From Podarcis gaigeae (lineage: Eukaryota), in NCBI GenBank assembly GCA_964106915.2, contig OZ066917.1: DNA of 64,000 bases. One strand, 5' to 3'. The position numbers were made by a program, and so were the translations under genes. Below are positions 54,364-62,299 of the stretch, piece by piece. Each line of letters begins with the position of its first letter. Within the stretch, counting starts at the first letter, position 1. The notes beneath the pieces are model-generated. The model was not told where the DNA came from. It did no database searches and was given only the letters and a program-made list of their open reading frames with translations.

Positions 54364-57300
54364 TGAATATACTAACAAGCAATGGGAAAATCTGCTTCAT
54401 AATTTCAAATAGCTCTAGGAAATTCTGGTTCTTGGTCTCTGAGGAACTCAACACCAAAGGACCCCCCCCCCACTCCATCCACTTCGCTTAGTAGTTAGTA
54501 TCATTACTTTGCAAGCGTCTTTCACAAGGAACGACTAGATGGAGTGGCAGGTCACCATTCTATGCTCCCAATATCACCTGATGAAATAAAAATGCTAATA
54601 GTCCTGCTAAAGAAAGGGAAGGGCATCTGGTCCAGATGTGATAGGCTCCAAAGTACTAAAATTAGACCTGACTGGTGAACCCCTTTGCTGGCTAACCTAT
54701 TCACATGGGTGAATAACACTGGATCCATGCCACAGGCATGGACAAGGACAGTAACAGTTCCAATAGATAAAGGGAGACCGTATAATACCACCTAACTATA
54801 GATCAGTAAGTCTTTTCCCTATAGTGGTTAAGTTATATGCTAAACATCTATTGGGTAAATTTACACTTTGGATGTCTCAACTTGCAATACTAGGCCCAAA
54901 GCAGGTGGTCTTTTGCCAGGGTAAACTACTCTGGACCACTGTGTCATCCTATCTCACCCATATAGAATCTAGACACATAAAAACCGCTCTGAAAATGCTT
55001 TTTGTTAAAGTGTTTTAAAAAAATACATTGAATTTTCCATAAGGCTCACAATCACTATCTAGTGTCACATTGTATAAAGTACACATAAAATGTTTTATTT
55101 GCAGCTATATAGCTGAGTCCCCTGTTGACAAGTATTCTAAGGCATCCAAGTCAAAGCTCTATACAATCTTCCTGGACCTAAAAGGAGCCTTTGATTCAAT
55201 CCCAATTTATACTCTGGAATAAATTAACCAGAATGAACATTAGTGTAAGGTTACTTTTTCTTATTAGGAAATTATACACCTCCATGAGCTGCCAGTCAAA
55301 TGCTCCCAACTAGGCAGGCGAATCCTAAAAAAATATTGCCAACAAAGGAGATGAAACAGGGTTGCATCTTAGTCCCTTACTTATTCAATTATTTTCCATA
55401 TGACCTTGTTCTCTGTTTATGTGAGGTTGGTGCCCACTGCCCGAAGCTTAGCTCCATTCATATTCCCATTCTATTATGCAGGTTAGATTGAGGGCCACTC
55501 AGTGTTGAGTGCCCCAGAGACCAAGAACCAGAATCTCCACCAATGTAGAGCTTATTTCCTTGCAAGATTTAACATCATGCCATCTGCTACTGTAAGGAAG
55601 ATTCTAGAAAATTCCTTATTCAGAAAGATATGGTCCTCGTGGTATAAACAGGTCAAAACCATTGCACATGTTTTATTTTACTGCCCATTTTACACAGAAA
55701 ATCTGCAATAAATATATAAACCCCATGCTGAAAGGAAGGTTAAATTGCCCTGACTTCCAGGGTTTCCTTTCTACTAAACAGCTGTAGGCCTGCCATTATG
55801 GATAATGTAGCAAAATTTCTGAGAGATACCATGAAACTACATCGCTATAGGATTTGAGAGGCACTTTTAAACCTTATTATGTCTGTACCATATTAGTTTT
55901 ATCTGAAAGTATCTTGTATTACGAACAGATGCCAATTTTATGCTTTGACTGCTCCTTCTTCAGTAATCACATTATTGTTTTACAGCTCTGAAAAGGAGTG
56001 AGGTTGTTGATCTGTTTTTGTTCTTGTTTTTATTATGTACTTTGTGTTCTCATTATGTATTTTTATTTTCTGAACCACCCTGTGATCTTTGGAGGAAGGG
56101 TGGCATACAAATTTAAATAAATAAATAAATAAAATTCTTGACAAGTGAAATATATTTTTCTCCAGTAACTGAAACAATATTTTCCTTTTTTATCATAGAG
56201 AATAATTATTCTATCCAGTAACTAGCAATCCCTTCCGGAAAGTACACCATGTTCACTTATAAGCAAGCCGCACCAAACAATGGGCCTATCTTTTCAACAG
56301 CTACTCACCTTGGTCTCAAATTAAGATATAATTCTGTAGCACAGAAGGTATGTGGGCTACATGGTCCAAGGAGAATATGCTTTAATTGTTATAGTAACCA
56401 GCTATTATGCACACTTGTTCAGCAAACATACTAATTACAGTGGAAAACTCCATTTAAATAACCTTGATTAAATAAATGCAGCCTGATTTGTAAACCTGTA
56501 CCATGGTCTCAAAAATGGAAAAAAATAATCCACAATGTAACTGGTATTATTAGTTGTGCCACTTGAAGAAGAAATATATATTTGCATAAAAAGGTACAAC
56601 CTACCAGGGTTATGATGAGTCGCAGATTCTCCATTCTGAAAGACATCTCCAGCTACGTTCATTCTACCAGGATTGAAAGGTCCTACACCAGTCTTGGTCT
56701 GTGAAGTTAAAGATGGGGTGTATGTTTGTATATTAACACCAAAATTACTTGACTGCAGTCCGTTAGATACATCTCCCAAGTTGGTATTCTGTAGTGATGT
56801 TACATGTGTAATCATTAAGTTCATGTCACGCCCTTCAGTATTTTCTAAACGGCCAACACTCACAGAGCTCATACCTCTTTCTAATGTAGTAACATTAGCA
56901 ATTTGAATTTCAGAGTCTGGTTCTGTGGTTATACCACTATTACCTATTCCTGCATTTACCTTACTTCTTGAAAAACTGGGTGGTGAAAATTCCATCTCAG
57001 TGGCTCTGTTTTTAGGCTCTGGAAATCTTCTTTCACTGAAACTGGAATCATTTCTCTCTTGCCCCTGATTTGCTTCAGTATCTTCTTCATCATCAATAAT
57101 AATAGTTTCAGTTATACTTCCCTTTTGAGAACTCAGGTCTTTTGTTGGAACCACTGCTTTGGGGTCATTTCCGTGATGCTCTTCATTATTGGGTGAACTA
57201 AAAGCTGCATTTCTAGGATCTGTTATCAACCCTGCAGAAATCTGTGGAGGTTGCACAGGTTCAACAAATACAACATCATCATCGTCTTCTACGGAAGGAC

Positions 57301-57379
57301 TCTGGAACTTAGATCTAGAAACCAGAGAGTTAGATGGACAGCCGAAAGAGTTTCCTACATTGGCTAGGCCAGTTGCCAT
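8294..57379 (-). CDS. ZMYM2: ZMYM2 / ZNF198 zinc finger MYM-type protein 2, spliced CDS span (22 coding exons, 3996 nt, about 1331 aa)
   Basis: Exon translations match ZMYM2 throughout ([36 protein letters not shown], repeated CxxC...FCSxxC MYM fingers, [36 protein letters not shown]). All introns are GT-AG with compatible phases and the summed length is divisible by 3. Confidence 0.97.
9182..9302 (-). CDS. ZMYM2: ZMYM2 coding exon 21 ([13 protein letters not shown]...CYLSK); alternative acceptor would start at 9305
   Basis: Tandem acceptor TAGAAG, donor AG|GTATTG; contains [20 protein letters not shown]. Confidence 0.94.
10224..10475 (-). CDS. ZMYM2: ZMYM2 coding exon 20 ([12 protein letters not shown]...GTDNE), DUF3504 region
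   Basis: Hand translation includes [37 protein letters not shown]; splice sites cctaccag and G|GTACCA; 252 nt. Confidence 0.96.
10777..10891 (-). CDS. ZMYM2: ZMYM2 coding exon 19 (YLNGSNRKD...SILPD)
   Basis: Acceptor ttttcctgtag, donor G|GTAACT. Confidence 0.95.
11674..11825 (-). CDS. ZMYM2: ZMYM2 coding exon 18 (KTVKLKED...LGIQE)
   Basis: Acceptor ttttgcgctacag, donor GAA|GTGAGT; contains [19 protein letters not shown]. Confidence 0.96.
12234..12402 (-). CDS. ZMYM2: ZMYM2 coding exon 17 (GAKRKAV...DELNS)
   Basis: Acceptor ttaatggcag, donor A|GTAAGT; contains [12 protein letters not shown]. Confidence 0.95.
13277..13371 (-). CDS. ZMYM2: ZMYM2 coding exon 16 ([31 protein letters not shown])
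   Basis: Acceptor tgtacag, donor AAG|GTACGC; ends in a basic NLS-like stretch. Confidence 0.94.
13919..14269. mobile_element. hAT-type non-autonomous element, TSD aattagag/aatcagag, inserted in a CR1-like fragment
   Basis: Termini caggggtggccaac...gttggacatccctg; a partial reverse copy lies at about 590-695. Confidence 0.8.
14699..14824 (-). CDS. ZMYM2: ZMYM2 coding exon 15 ([11 protein letters not shown]...[10 protein letters not shown])
   Basis: Acceptor tttaattgcag, donor G|GTTTGT; contains [14 protein letters not shown]. Confidence 0.92.
15851..16028 (-). CDS. ZMYM2: ZMYM2 coding exon 14 ([16 protein letters not shown]...QELK)
   Basis: Hand translation is open; splice sites cctatactag and A|GTATGT; divergent acidic linker. 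Confidence 0.9.
16711..16932 (-). mobile_element. Sauria SINE, 5'-truncated
   Basis: aggtaaaggtaaagggacccc tail (reverse) and ctatttatctacttgcac core. Confidence 0.9.
17283..17398 (-). CDS. ZMYM2: ZMYM2 coding exon 13 (Pro/Val-rich, [16 protein letters not shown]...VPVP)
   Basis: Acceptor ttttgtttcag, donor CCA|GTAAGC. Confidence 0.95.
17538..17667 (-). CDS. ZMYM2: ZMYM2 coding exon 12 ([10 protein letters not shown]...KSCQT)
   Basis: Acceptor ccttattcgcag, donor G|GTAAAC. Confidence 0.95.
17783..18140 (+). mobile_element. Sauria SINE, near full length
   Basis: tRNA-like head (gggacgcgggtggtgctgtggg...ggttcaaatccc), core gtgcaagtagataaatag, tail acctttacctt. Confidence 0.9.
18852..18886 (-). 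CDS. ZMYM2: ZMYM2 coding exon 11, 35-nt small exon ([12 protein letters not shown])
   Basis: Acceptor ctctctcattcatag, donor ACA|GTAAGT; needed to keep the frame between neighbouring exons. Confidence 0.92.
19480..19645 (-). CDS. ZMYM2: ZMYM2 coding exon 10 (AARCDCCK...ENLQY)
   Basis: Acceptor gtttttaag, donor G|GTATGA; contains HFCDQHC. Confidence 0.95.
20040..20082. repeat. (TAT)n(TAC)n trinucleotide tail of a short retroelement fragment
   Basis: Directly visible; follows ccctgtgatctttggatgaagggt, with a similar element at about 56075-56130. Confidence 0.8.
20312..20484 (-). CDS. ZMYM2: ZMYM2 coding exon 9 (CKLLYKQD...DWYYK)
   Basis: Hand translation includes [16 protein letters not shown]...[17 protein letters not shown]; splice sites ttccag and AAG|GTAATG. 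Confidence 0.95.
22277..22427 (-). CDS. ZMYM2: ZMYM2 coding exon 8 (NKVYQFCS...PFCSE)
   Basis: Acceptor ttccattag, donor G|GTGTGT. Confidence 0.95.
23150..23384. mobile_element. Tc1/mariner (Tigger-like) MITE with TA TSD
   Basis: TA-cagtcatgccttggg...cccgaggtaccactg-TA; CpG-rich. Confidence 0.75.
23715..23850. mobile_element. hAT-type MITE, TIR cagtgtttcccaacc, 8-bp TSD ctctagaa
   Basis: Near-palindromic element with an exact 8-bp TSD. Confidence 0.9.
24026..24142 (-). CDS. ZMYM2: ZMYM2 coding exon 7 ([10 protein letters not shown]...VLEWE)
   Basis: Hand translation includes [21 protein letters not shown]; splice sites ttttcag and GAA|GTAAGT; 117 nt. Confidence 0.95.
24849..24888. repeat. 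(CT)n(CA)n microsatellite
   Basis: Directly visible. Confidence 0.95.
26617..26752. mobile_element. hAT-type MITE, TIR cagtggtggccaaacttggccc, TSD gtttacat/gtttacac
   Basis: Long TIRs and an 8-bp TSD with one mismatch. Confidence 0.9.
26937..27182. mobile_element. Tc1/mariner (Tigger-like) MITE with TA TSD
   Basis: Perfect TIR cagtggtaccttggttt / aaaccaaggtaccactg flanked by TA. Confidence 0.88.
28115..31460 (-). mobile_element. Degenerate, internally deleted L1-clade LINE, sense to ZMYM2
   Basis: ORF1-like coiled coil ending [19 protein letters not shown]-like [17 protein letters not shown]-rich 3' end near 28120; many stops; boundaries approximate. Confidence 0.7.
29720..29822. repeat. 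Minisatellite with four copies of core ttaactggaaaaacaag (22-27 nt period)
   Basis: Directly visible tandem copies. Confidence 0.9.
32230..32345 (-). CDS. ZMYM2: ZMYM2 coding exon 6 (MGIVCHFC...VAKFQ)
   Basis: Acceptor ttcttttag, donor CAG|GTTAGC. Confidence 0.95.
33321..33471 (-). CDS. ZMYM2: ZMYM2 coding exon 5 ([11 protein letters not shown]...AKSE)
   Basis: Not in the ORF track; translated by hand as [50 protein letters not shown]. Splice sites tttttag and A|GTAAGT. Confidence 0.95.
34569..34610 (-). mobile_element. 42-bp 5'-truncated RTE-BovB-type insertion with 13-bp TSD
   Basis: Reverse strand reads gtccatggggtcacgaagagtcagacacgactaaacaacaac; TSD cagtcactgtagt at 34556-34568 and 34611-34623. 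Confidence 0.85.
35150..35480 (+). mobile_element. CR1 ORF1 esterase-like remnant
   Basis: VTCLPG and MVHIGTTD resemble the CR1 ORF1 SGNH esterase motifs (CLPG, VHVGTND). Confidence 0.5.
35880..37255 (+). mobile_element. Old L2-like LINE 3' remnant
   Basis: Post-RT-like peptide [15 protein letters not shown] and TIQKLQ, L2-type tail near 37200-37255; boundaries approximate. Confidence 0.5.
39082..39333. mobile_element. hAT-type non-autonomous element (caggggtcagcaaa...tttgcctaccc)
   Basis: Imperfect TIRs with flanking tctagac duplication. Confidence 0.75.
42400..42612 (-). CDS. ZMYM2: ZMYM2 coding exon 4 (IRHEVSF...SEYKQ)
   Basis: Acceptor ccccctttag, donor CAG|GTAACT; contains LCSDHC and FCCQNC. 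Confidence 0.96.
43548..43713 (-). CDS. ZMYM2: ZMYM2 coding exon 3 (DITTMKG...GKLTE)
   Basis: Acceptor ctttcag, donor GAG|GTTTGT; contains EFCSTSC. Confidence 0.96.
43825..44050 (-). mobile_element. tRNA-derived MIR/CORE-like squamate SINE
   Basis: CORE-like gtgactggcccaaggtcacccagc and reversed B-box-like cgaacctggttc. Confidence 0.65.
46152..46333. repeat. (TA)n microsatellite interrupted by an insertion
   Basis: Directly visible. Confidence 0.95.
46197..46311. mobile_element. Penelope-like element end fragment forming an 84-bp perfect palindrome inside (TA)n
   Basis: ttgctttcgtagattttcacgggtacagg resembles squamate Penelope termini (recalled, not searched). The palindrome at 46228-46311 is directly visible. 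Confidence 0.6.
46473..46758 (-). CDS. ZMYM2: ZMYM2 coding exon 2 (DSWISQ...KLCVMCK)
   Basis: Acceptor tctctttaag, donor AA|GTAAGG; first MYM finger. Confidence 0.96.
46945..47756. mobile_element. Tc1/mariner (Tigger-like) non-autonomous element with GC-rich internal repeats
   Basis: TA-cagtggtgcctcgcaagac...gtcttgcggggcaccactg-TA with repeated tcttgcga subterminal motifs. Confidence 0.85.
53279..53415. mobile_element. hAT-type MITE, TIR caggca(c/t)aggcaaact, TSD atctaagc, nested in a LINE remnant
   Basis: TIRs and an exact 8-bp TSD. Confidence 0.9.
54298..54361. repeat. (GAAA)n(GA)n microsatellite
   Basis: Directly visible. Confidence 0.95.
56605..57379 (-). CDS. ZMYM2: ZMYM2 coding exon 1 (MATGL...HHNP); exon acceptor at 57456
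   Basis: Acceptor ttttcttttataacag, ATG in strong context ACAATGG at 57379, donor G|GTAGGT. Contains acidic SUMO-interacting-motif-like segments DDDDVVFV and IIIDDEED. Confidence 0.93.
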
Positions 57380-58453
57380 TGTGGTAGGCCCCAATAACTC
57401 AGATGGGTGTTCAGACAGCGCCAGTTTTCAGACAGCTTGTGGACCTTCCAGAAAAACTGTTATAAAAGAAAAAAAAAAGCAGTTTTACTATAATGCAGTG
57501 TTCTGGTTGTTTAAATCAAAGTATTTTCCAAAGGCAGCATACTTCCAATTGTTTTCTTTTCCTGGCTGGTATGTGTATGTTCTCTCCCTCCCTCCCTCTT
57601 TTTATCAGTTAGATCTAGAAATTTCCAGATTCCATGTATGAGGCCAGTATCTCTGTTTCACTGAAGCAAGAGATCCCATTTTTGTTCTAGTCATGTACTC
57701 ATCTCATGAATACATGTAGATGTCAAAATTCTTTCAACAGTTTGAACAAGTTTTTTAAATTCTTCTTTATACAAATGACAGCTATTCAGAAATCACACAT
57801 CAAAGGATTTATGGAAAGCAATCTAATGGCCTAGTTCAGATATAATATGAAATCATGATTTACCACTAGTTCTAGCAAGCCTCAAACCAGGATGATTTCC
57901 ATCCCCTCTATTCACACAATGGCAGGAAACCAAAGGCTTGTACTTTTCATTTTGCATAAAGCAGTTTCCCATTACATCAAAACTTGAGAAACAATTCTAA
58001 TTGTAATTAGTTTTGAACTAGACACTTTTAGAATGAACCACTATTTACCAAATTTGAACGGAAAAGAAAATTGGTTCTTCAAAATCTAAAGTGGAAGCTT
58101 TCAATATCCAGGTAACATGCATTTTTGTGGTGGAGGGTACCAATCCAAGGTTTGCTATGACTTTTTTCATGTTAAACCTCTAAAGCAGGTCAGAAAAAAG
58201 AAGATGGGGCAAGATTCCTCTGCTGAACATGTGGTAATTGGCAATTCAACTTTAAGCTCATATTATGTATGTGGGCCTGTAAATTTATCAAGACACTTAA
58301 TAAGTTAAGACTCAATCTAGATCTAAGCATCAGATTTCGATATTTGAAAAATGAGGTCATGACTCAAGGTGAACGTACACAAAACCAGAGGGGTAGCTAT
58401 ATAAATCTGTTGCAAACAGCAAAGACCCATGTGTCGCTGCAGGCGACTAGATA

Positions 58454-58598
58454 GATGTTACATGCCTAATCCTTGAGTTAATGTCACACCTTTCACTATT
58501 TACTAAACAGCCAACAGAACTCATACCTCTTTCCAATATAGTAACATTAGCATTTTCAAATTCAGAATCTGGTTCTGTGGTTATACCACTATTACCTA
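58454..58598 (-). pseudogene. Diverged partial duplicate of ZMYM2 coding exon 1 (source about 56796-56947)
   Basis: Aligns directly in the same orientation; TCTGGTTCTGTGGTTATACCACTATTACCTA is identical in both, with small indels elsewhere. Confidence 0.9.
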
Positions 58599-58740
58599 CT
58601 GAAGACTAACAGACTTATTATGATAAATACTTTTCCTCAAATAAGTCTGTTAGTCTTCAGTAGATAATTTGGTACCCAAGTTATTATGATAACTGAAGGG
58701 GCTATCCATTTCTACCTACTAAAATACTTGGGTACCAAAT
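58596..58740. repeat. Two adjacent perfect inverted repeats (24-bp arms at 58596-58619/58640-58663; 15-bp arms at 58667-58681/58726-58740)
   Basis: ctactgaagactaacagacttatt / aataagtctgttagtcttcagtag and atttggtacccaagt / acttgggtaccaaat. Confidence 0.92.
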
Positions 58741-59899
58741 GTCACTTTCAGGGATTTTTTTTAAAACTTTATTCAAAAGTTTTCTAACATAGAAAAAATA
58801 ATGTGTGGTATATAACAGTAATATCTTCCATACAACTTTAATTTGCTTGATCATGAGGCTTCCTCAATAGAAAGTGTTTGACATTGAAATTTAGTCAAAT
58901 GTACTTATTCTCCTGGATTAGCAAAGATGCTGAGAACTGGACAGGGGATTTTCTAGCAGTGTCCATTAAACTTATTTATGTACCACATAAAAAAGGAGAA
59001 TTCTGAGACATTCAATGTGATTTTTTAGTACAGGTTTTCTGTTAATTTCTGCGGTTTTCTGTTAATTAGTATTTCAATGTTTAATAGAAGGGAAATTAAA
59101 AGCCAGGAATCATTTTGTCATTAGAAAACGTCTGTTCAAACAGTTTGCTAGTAAGAAATCCATCAACAATATGAACAAAGGTGTGAAGTAAACTTCCAGT
59201 GCAGTGTGAATCTAATCAGGCTGTACTAGAAAATAAGTCTGAGATAAATTGATCTTATTTCCATCTAACAACGTTCAGCAATTCACCTTCAGTCAATCCT
59301 GTTTCTACTGTAAAGCAACTTCAAGTCATACTATTACAGAAGAGTCTTATTCACACTCCCAATCACAATCTTCATAATTTTATAAGCCTCATTTTACTCT
59401 TAATCAGTTTTTGTAAAGAAAAAACAAGATTTTGGCTACCCTTTACGATTCTGTCATTTGGAGTTTTTATATTTTTAATATTTTAAGGAGTCAGCAACAG
59501 AAATTTTCAACATATGCTAACATAGGCTAAACATGAATGTGTAATAGATTTTTTAAATGGTATTAAATGATATTAAGATATTAGTCACTGTTATTTTTCT
59601 ATGAAATATTCAACAGTGTGCCTTTTTTCTTACTACAGCACACAACTTGATTTTGATGAGCTTTCTTCCATGCACATTCCCGTATCAAAAAATATTTTTC
59701 TGAGTTTACAGCCAGCTTGGACCAGATTGGTGTATATTTTTGTCTCCCAACAAGCATTTACATTAAATTCATCTGCCAATTTGTAGCCCATTCATCTACA
59801 CTGGAGTGATCCTTCTGAAACACTTTTTAGTCTGCCTGAAATCACCATCCTGAATACCACTTCTATAGAGGATTAGGTATTATCTTCTGAAACACTTAC

Positions 59900-60015
59900 C
59901 CATTCAAGAATATGTAGCAGTAGGTTAAGCTTAAAAAGTTGCTCCAGTGCCTTGTTTGTGCTGGAAACCTGGCTTTCTCTTCCAGAGGGATTGGAGATCT
60001 CTGAAAATAGGTATC
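59900..60015 (-). other. Candidate upstream (5' UTR) exon of ZMYM2
   Basis: Acceptor tctaatctgtttcag (second possible AG giving a start at 60000) and consensus donor TGG|GTAAGT; no transcript evidence. Confidence 0.35.
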
Positions 60016-61101
60016 CTGAAACAGATTAGATCCATGTTAAGAATGTTTATTATTCAGAAAACTTACAATCTTTCAGCCCTAACCCCAAAACTAACCTAAA
60101 CTTAAAAATATACCCAGTTCCATCAGGAATTGTGTCATGTTCACTAAAGCAAATAAATGGGAGATGTATTACTTGACAAAACTCAAGTAACATTCACATT
60201 GCTGATAAATGGCTTGGTTTGTACCATCTGTTATGTAGAAAGAAAACATGAAAGCAACATTTACGAACAGCCACAGATTTCAAACTATATTTCTAATAAC
60301 AGATATCTTAAGGAGTCCTAGAAAAGCAGAGTGCATACTAATATTAATGCATAATACTTCCAACATAACTAAGTTATGGCCCTTAAAATTCCCCAGTGAT
60401 AAATTTTCTGGATTTTGAACTGGGAAAATTCTCACTAACTAAAAAACTTCTTTTCAGAAAGTGTTTTGATTTTGAAGTTCCTTCCAAGTATCATTCTGGA
60501 AAAAGGAATGTTGCACGGGAGGTGGAATTGTTGTTCTCATATTATCAACTGAAATATGTTGTGATTATGGGAAGCATTTGATAACCTTTCTGTTGTAGCT
60601 CAAGGGAATTTCCCCCTACTCACAAACACATAGCCCATGCCCTCCCCAAAGCACTTAAATCCACTGCTGTCTATAGTTAAGAAAAACTTCTATAATGACA
60701 GATACAGAAATTCATACGCAACTCCAAGATAGAAGAAATTTTTGACCTATTGGGTCAAAAATAGATTAAATATATACTTTTGCACTATTATCAAACTTTC
60801 ACCAACTTAAGATACCCAAAACATGGACGTGAGTAAATAAAAAGATCATTCCTTTCACATCCCCATTTTTAAAGTCCATTCTCTTTAGAGGACACTACAG
60901 CTACATTAAAGTAAGAGCAAATGTAACATTCTGCTGAAGTTCTATCTTAGCACCAAGTTATTTTTTCTCTTCCTGCTAAATGTAGCTGTACACCAAATTA
61001 AGCAGGGCAATGAAGTCACAAACAAGATTTGTCCTTCACCGTTCTTTTGTACTATCGCTCTAGAAAATATAATTTTTAATGTCACTAATCTATTCTTAGA
61101 A

Positions 61102-61443
61102 GGGACATGGGTTAAACCACAGAGCCTAGGACTTGCCAATCAGAAGGTTGGCAGTTCGAATCCCCGTGACGGGGTGAGCTCCCGTTGTTCAGTCCCAGCT
61201 TCTGCCAACCAAGCAGTTCGAAAGCACGTCAAAGTGCAAGTAGATAAATAGGTACTGCTCCGGCGGAAAGGTAAACAGCGTTTCTGTGCACTGCTCTGGT
61301 TCGCCAGAGGTCATGCTGGCCACATGACCCGGAAGCTGTCTGCAGACAAACGCCGGCTCCCTCGGCCAATAAAGCGAGATGAGCACCGCAACGCCAGAGT
61401 CGGTCAAGACTGGACCTAATGGTCAGGGTTCCCTTTACCTTTT
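61102..61443 (+). mobile_element. Sauria SINE with target-site duplication taatctattctt
   Basis: Same head, core and tail as the 17783 copy; direct repeat at 61086-61097 and 61444-61455. Confidence 0.9.
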
Positions 61444-62299
61444 TAATCTATTCTTGAATACAAATTTAGTTCCATATTCACTCATTTCAAGAGTTAAAAA
61501 AGGAATACCGTATTACAATGATGGCACAGTTAGAAAGCCACCAGTCACCTAACTATCTAGAATGCTGCAAGAACCATTAGCATTGCCCAGAACTCATACT
61601 TGTTCCAACAATACACACATGCTCTCCAAAATATACACACTGAAAGCTGAATTCAATCTCTTCCCTGCCCCCACTGAAAGCACATTATAGAAGTGTGTGC
61701 CAACCATCTGTACCAAGGCATTATTACTTAATATTTGCTACTAAAACACAGAAGGGGTAAGCAGCTATCAGGTTGTTTTTAAAAGTACTCAGTATCTACC
61801 TTTTCCCATCAGAAAAGGACACAAAAGCAAGACACATACACGGGACACTGCACAATTGTGACCCAATTAGGAATTTACATAGACAAGAAAACCATCAAAA
61901 CAGTGACATCATATAGCTTGAGCTCCCAAATATTGGTAGTACCAGAAAATGTGGTAATACCTAAGTGCCTTAACCTTCCAAAACATTAAAACAAGTGTCA
62001 ATTATTGCTATACTACCTTTGGGTTTATACTTCAAATTATCTACCTGTACCTTAGCAGAAAGCAGCCTGCAATTTTATATTCATGAATTCCACTCCTAAG
62101 CATGTTCAGAAGTCAGTATTACTATGTTTAACAGGGCTTACACTGGGTATATATGATGGGACTGGAGCCTTTTTACTGGTATTTATTCATTAGCATGATC
62201 ACTTTGAAGAGGACATGGCAAGATAGGAGAATCAATCTCAAAGATGCTGAAGAGTGCTGCTTTTTAATAATGGGAAAATTATAAATATTTTATATTTCT

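Larger units (their letters stand above)
53010..55860 (+). mobile_element. Degenerate non-LTR retrotransposon (APE endonuclease, RT, C-terminal Cys/His motif); clade uncertain
   Basis: DVVMLQETW (APE), [30 protein letters not shown] (RT), [12 protein letters not shown]; frameshifted; boundaries approximate. Confidence 0.78.

Noticed and set aside
56468-56604. ORF-track extension of exon 1 past HHNP (GRLYLF...)
   Set aside because: Intron read-through; homology continues in the next exon after a canonical donor at 56604.
56673-57641. Plus-strand ORFs (77 and 150 aa) antisense to exon 1
   Set aside because: Shadow ORFs of the coding strand with no independent evidence.
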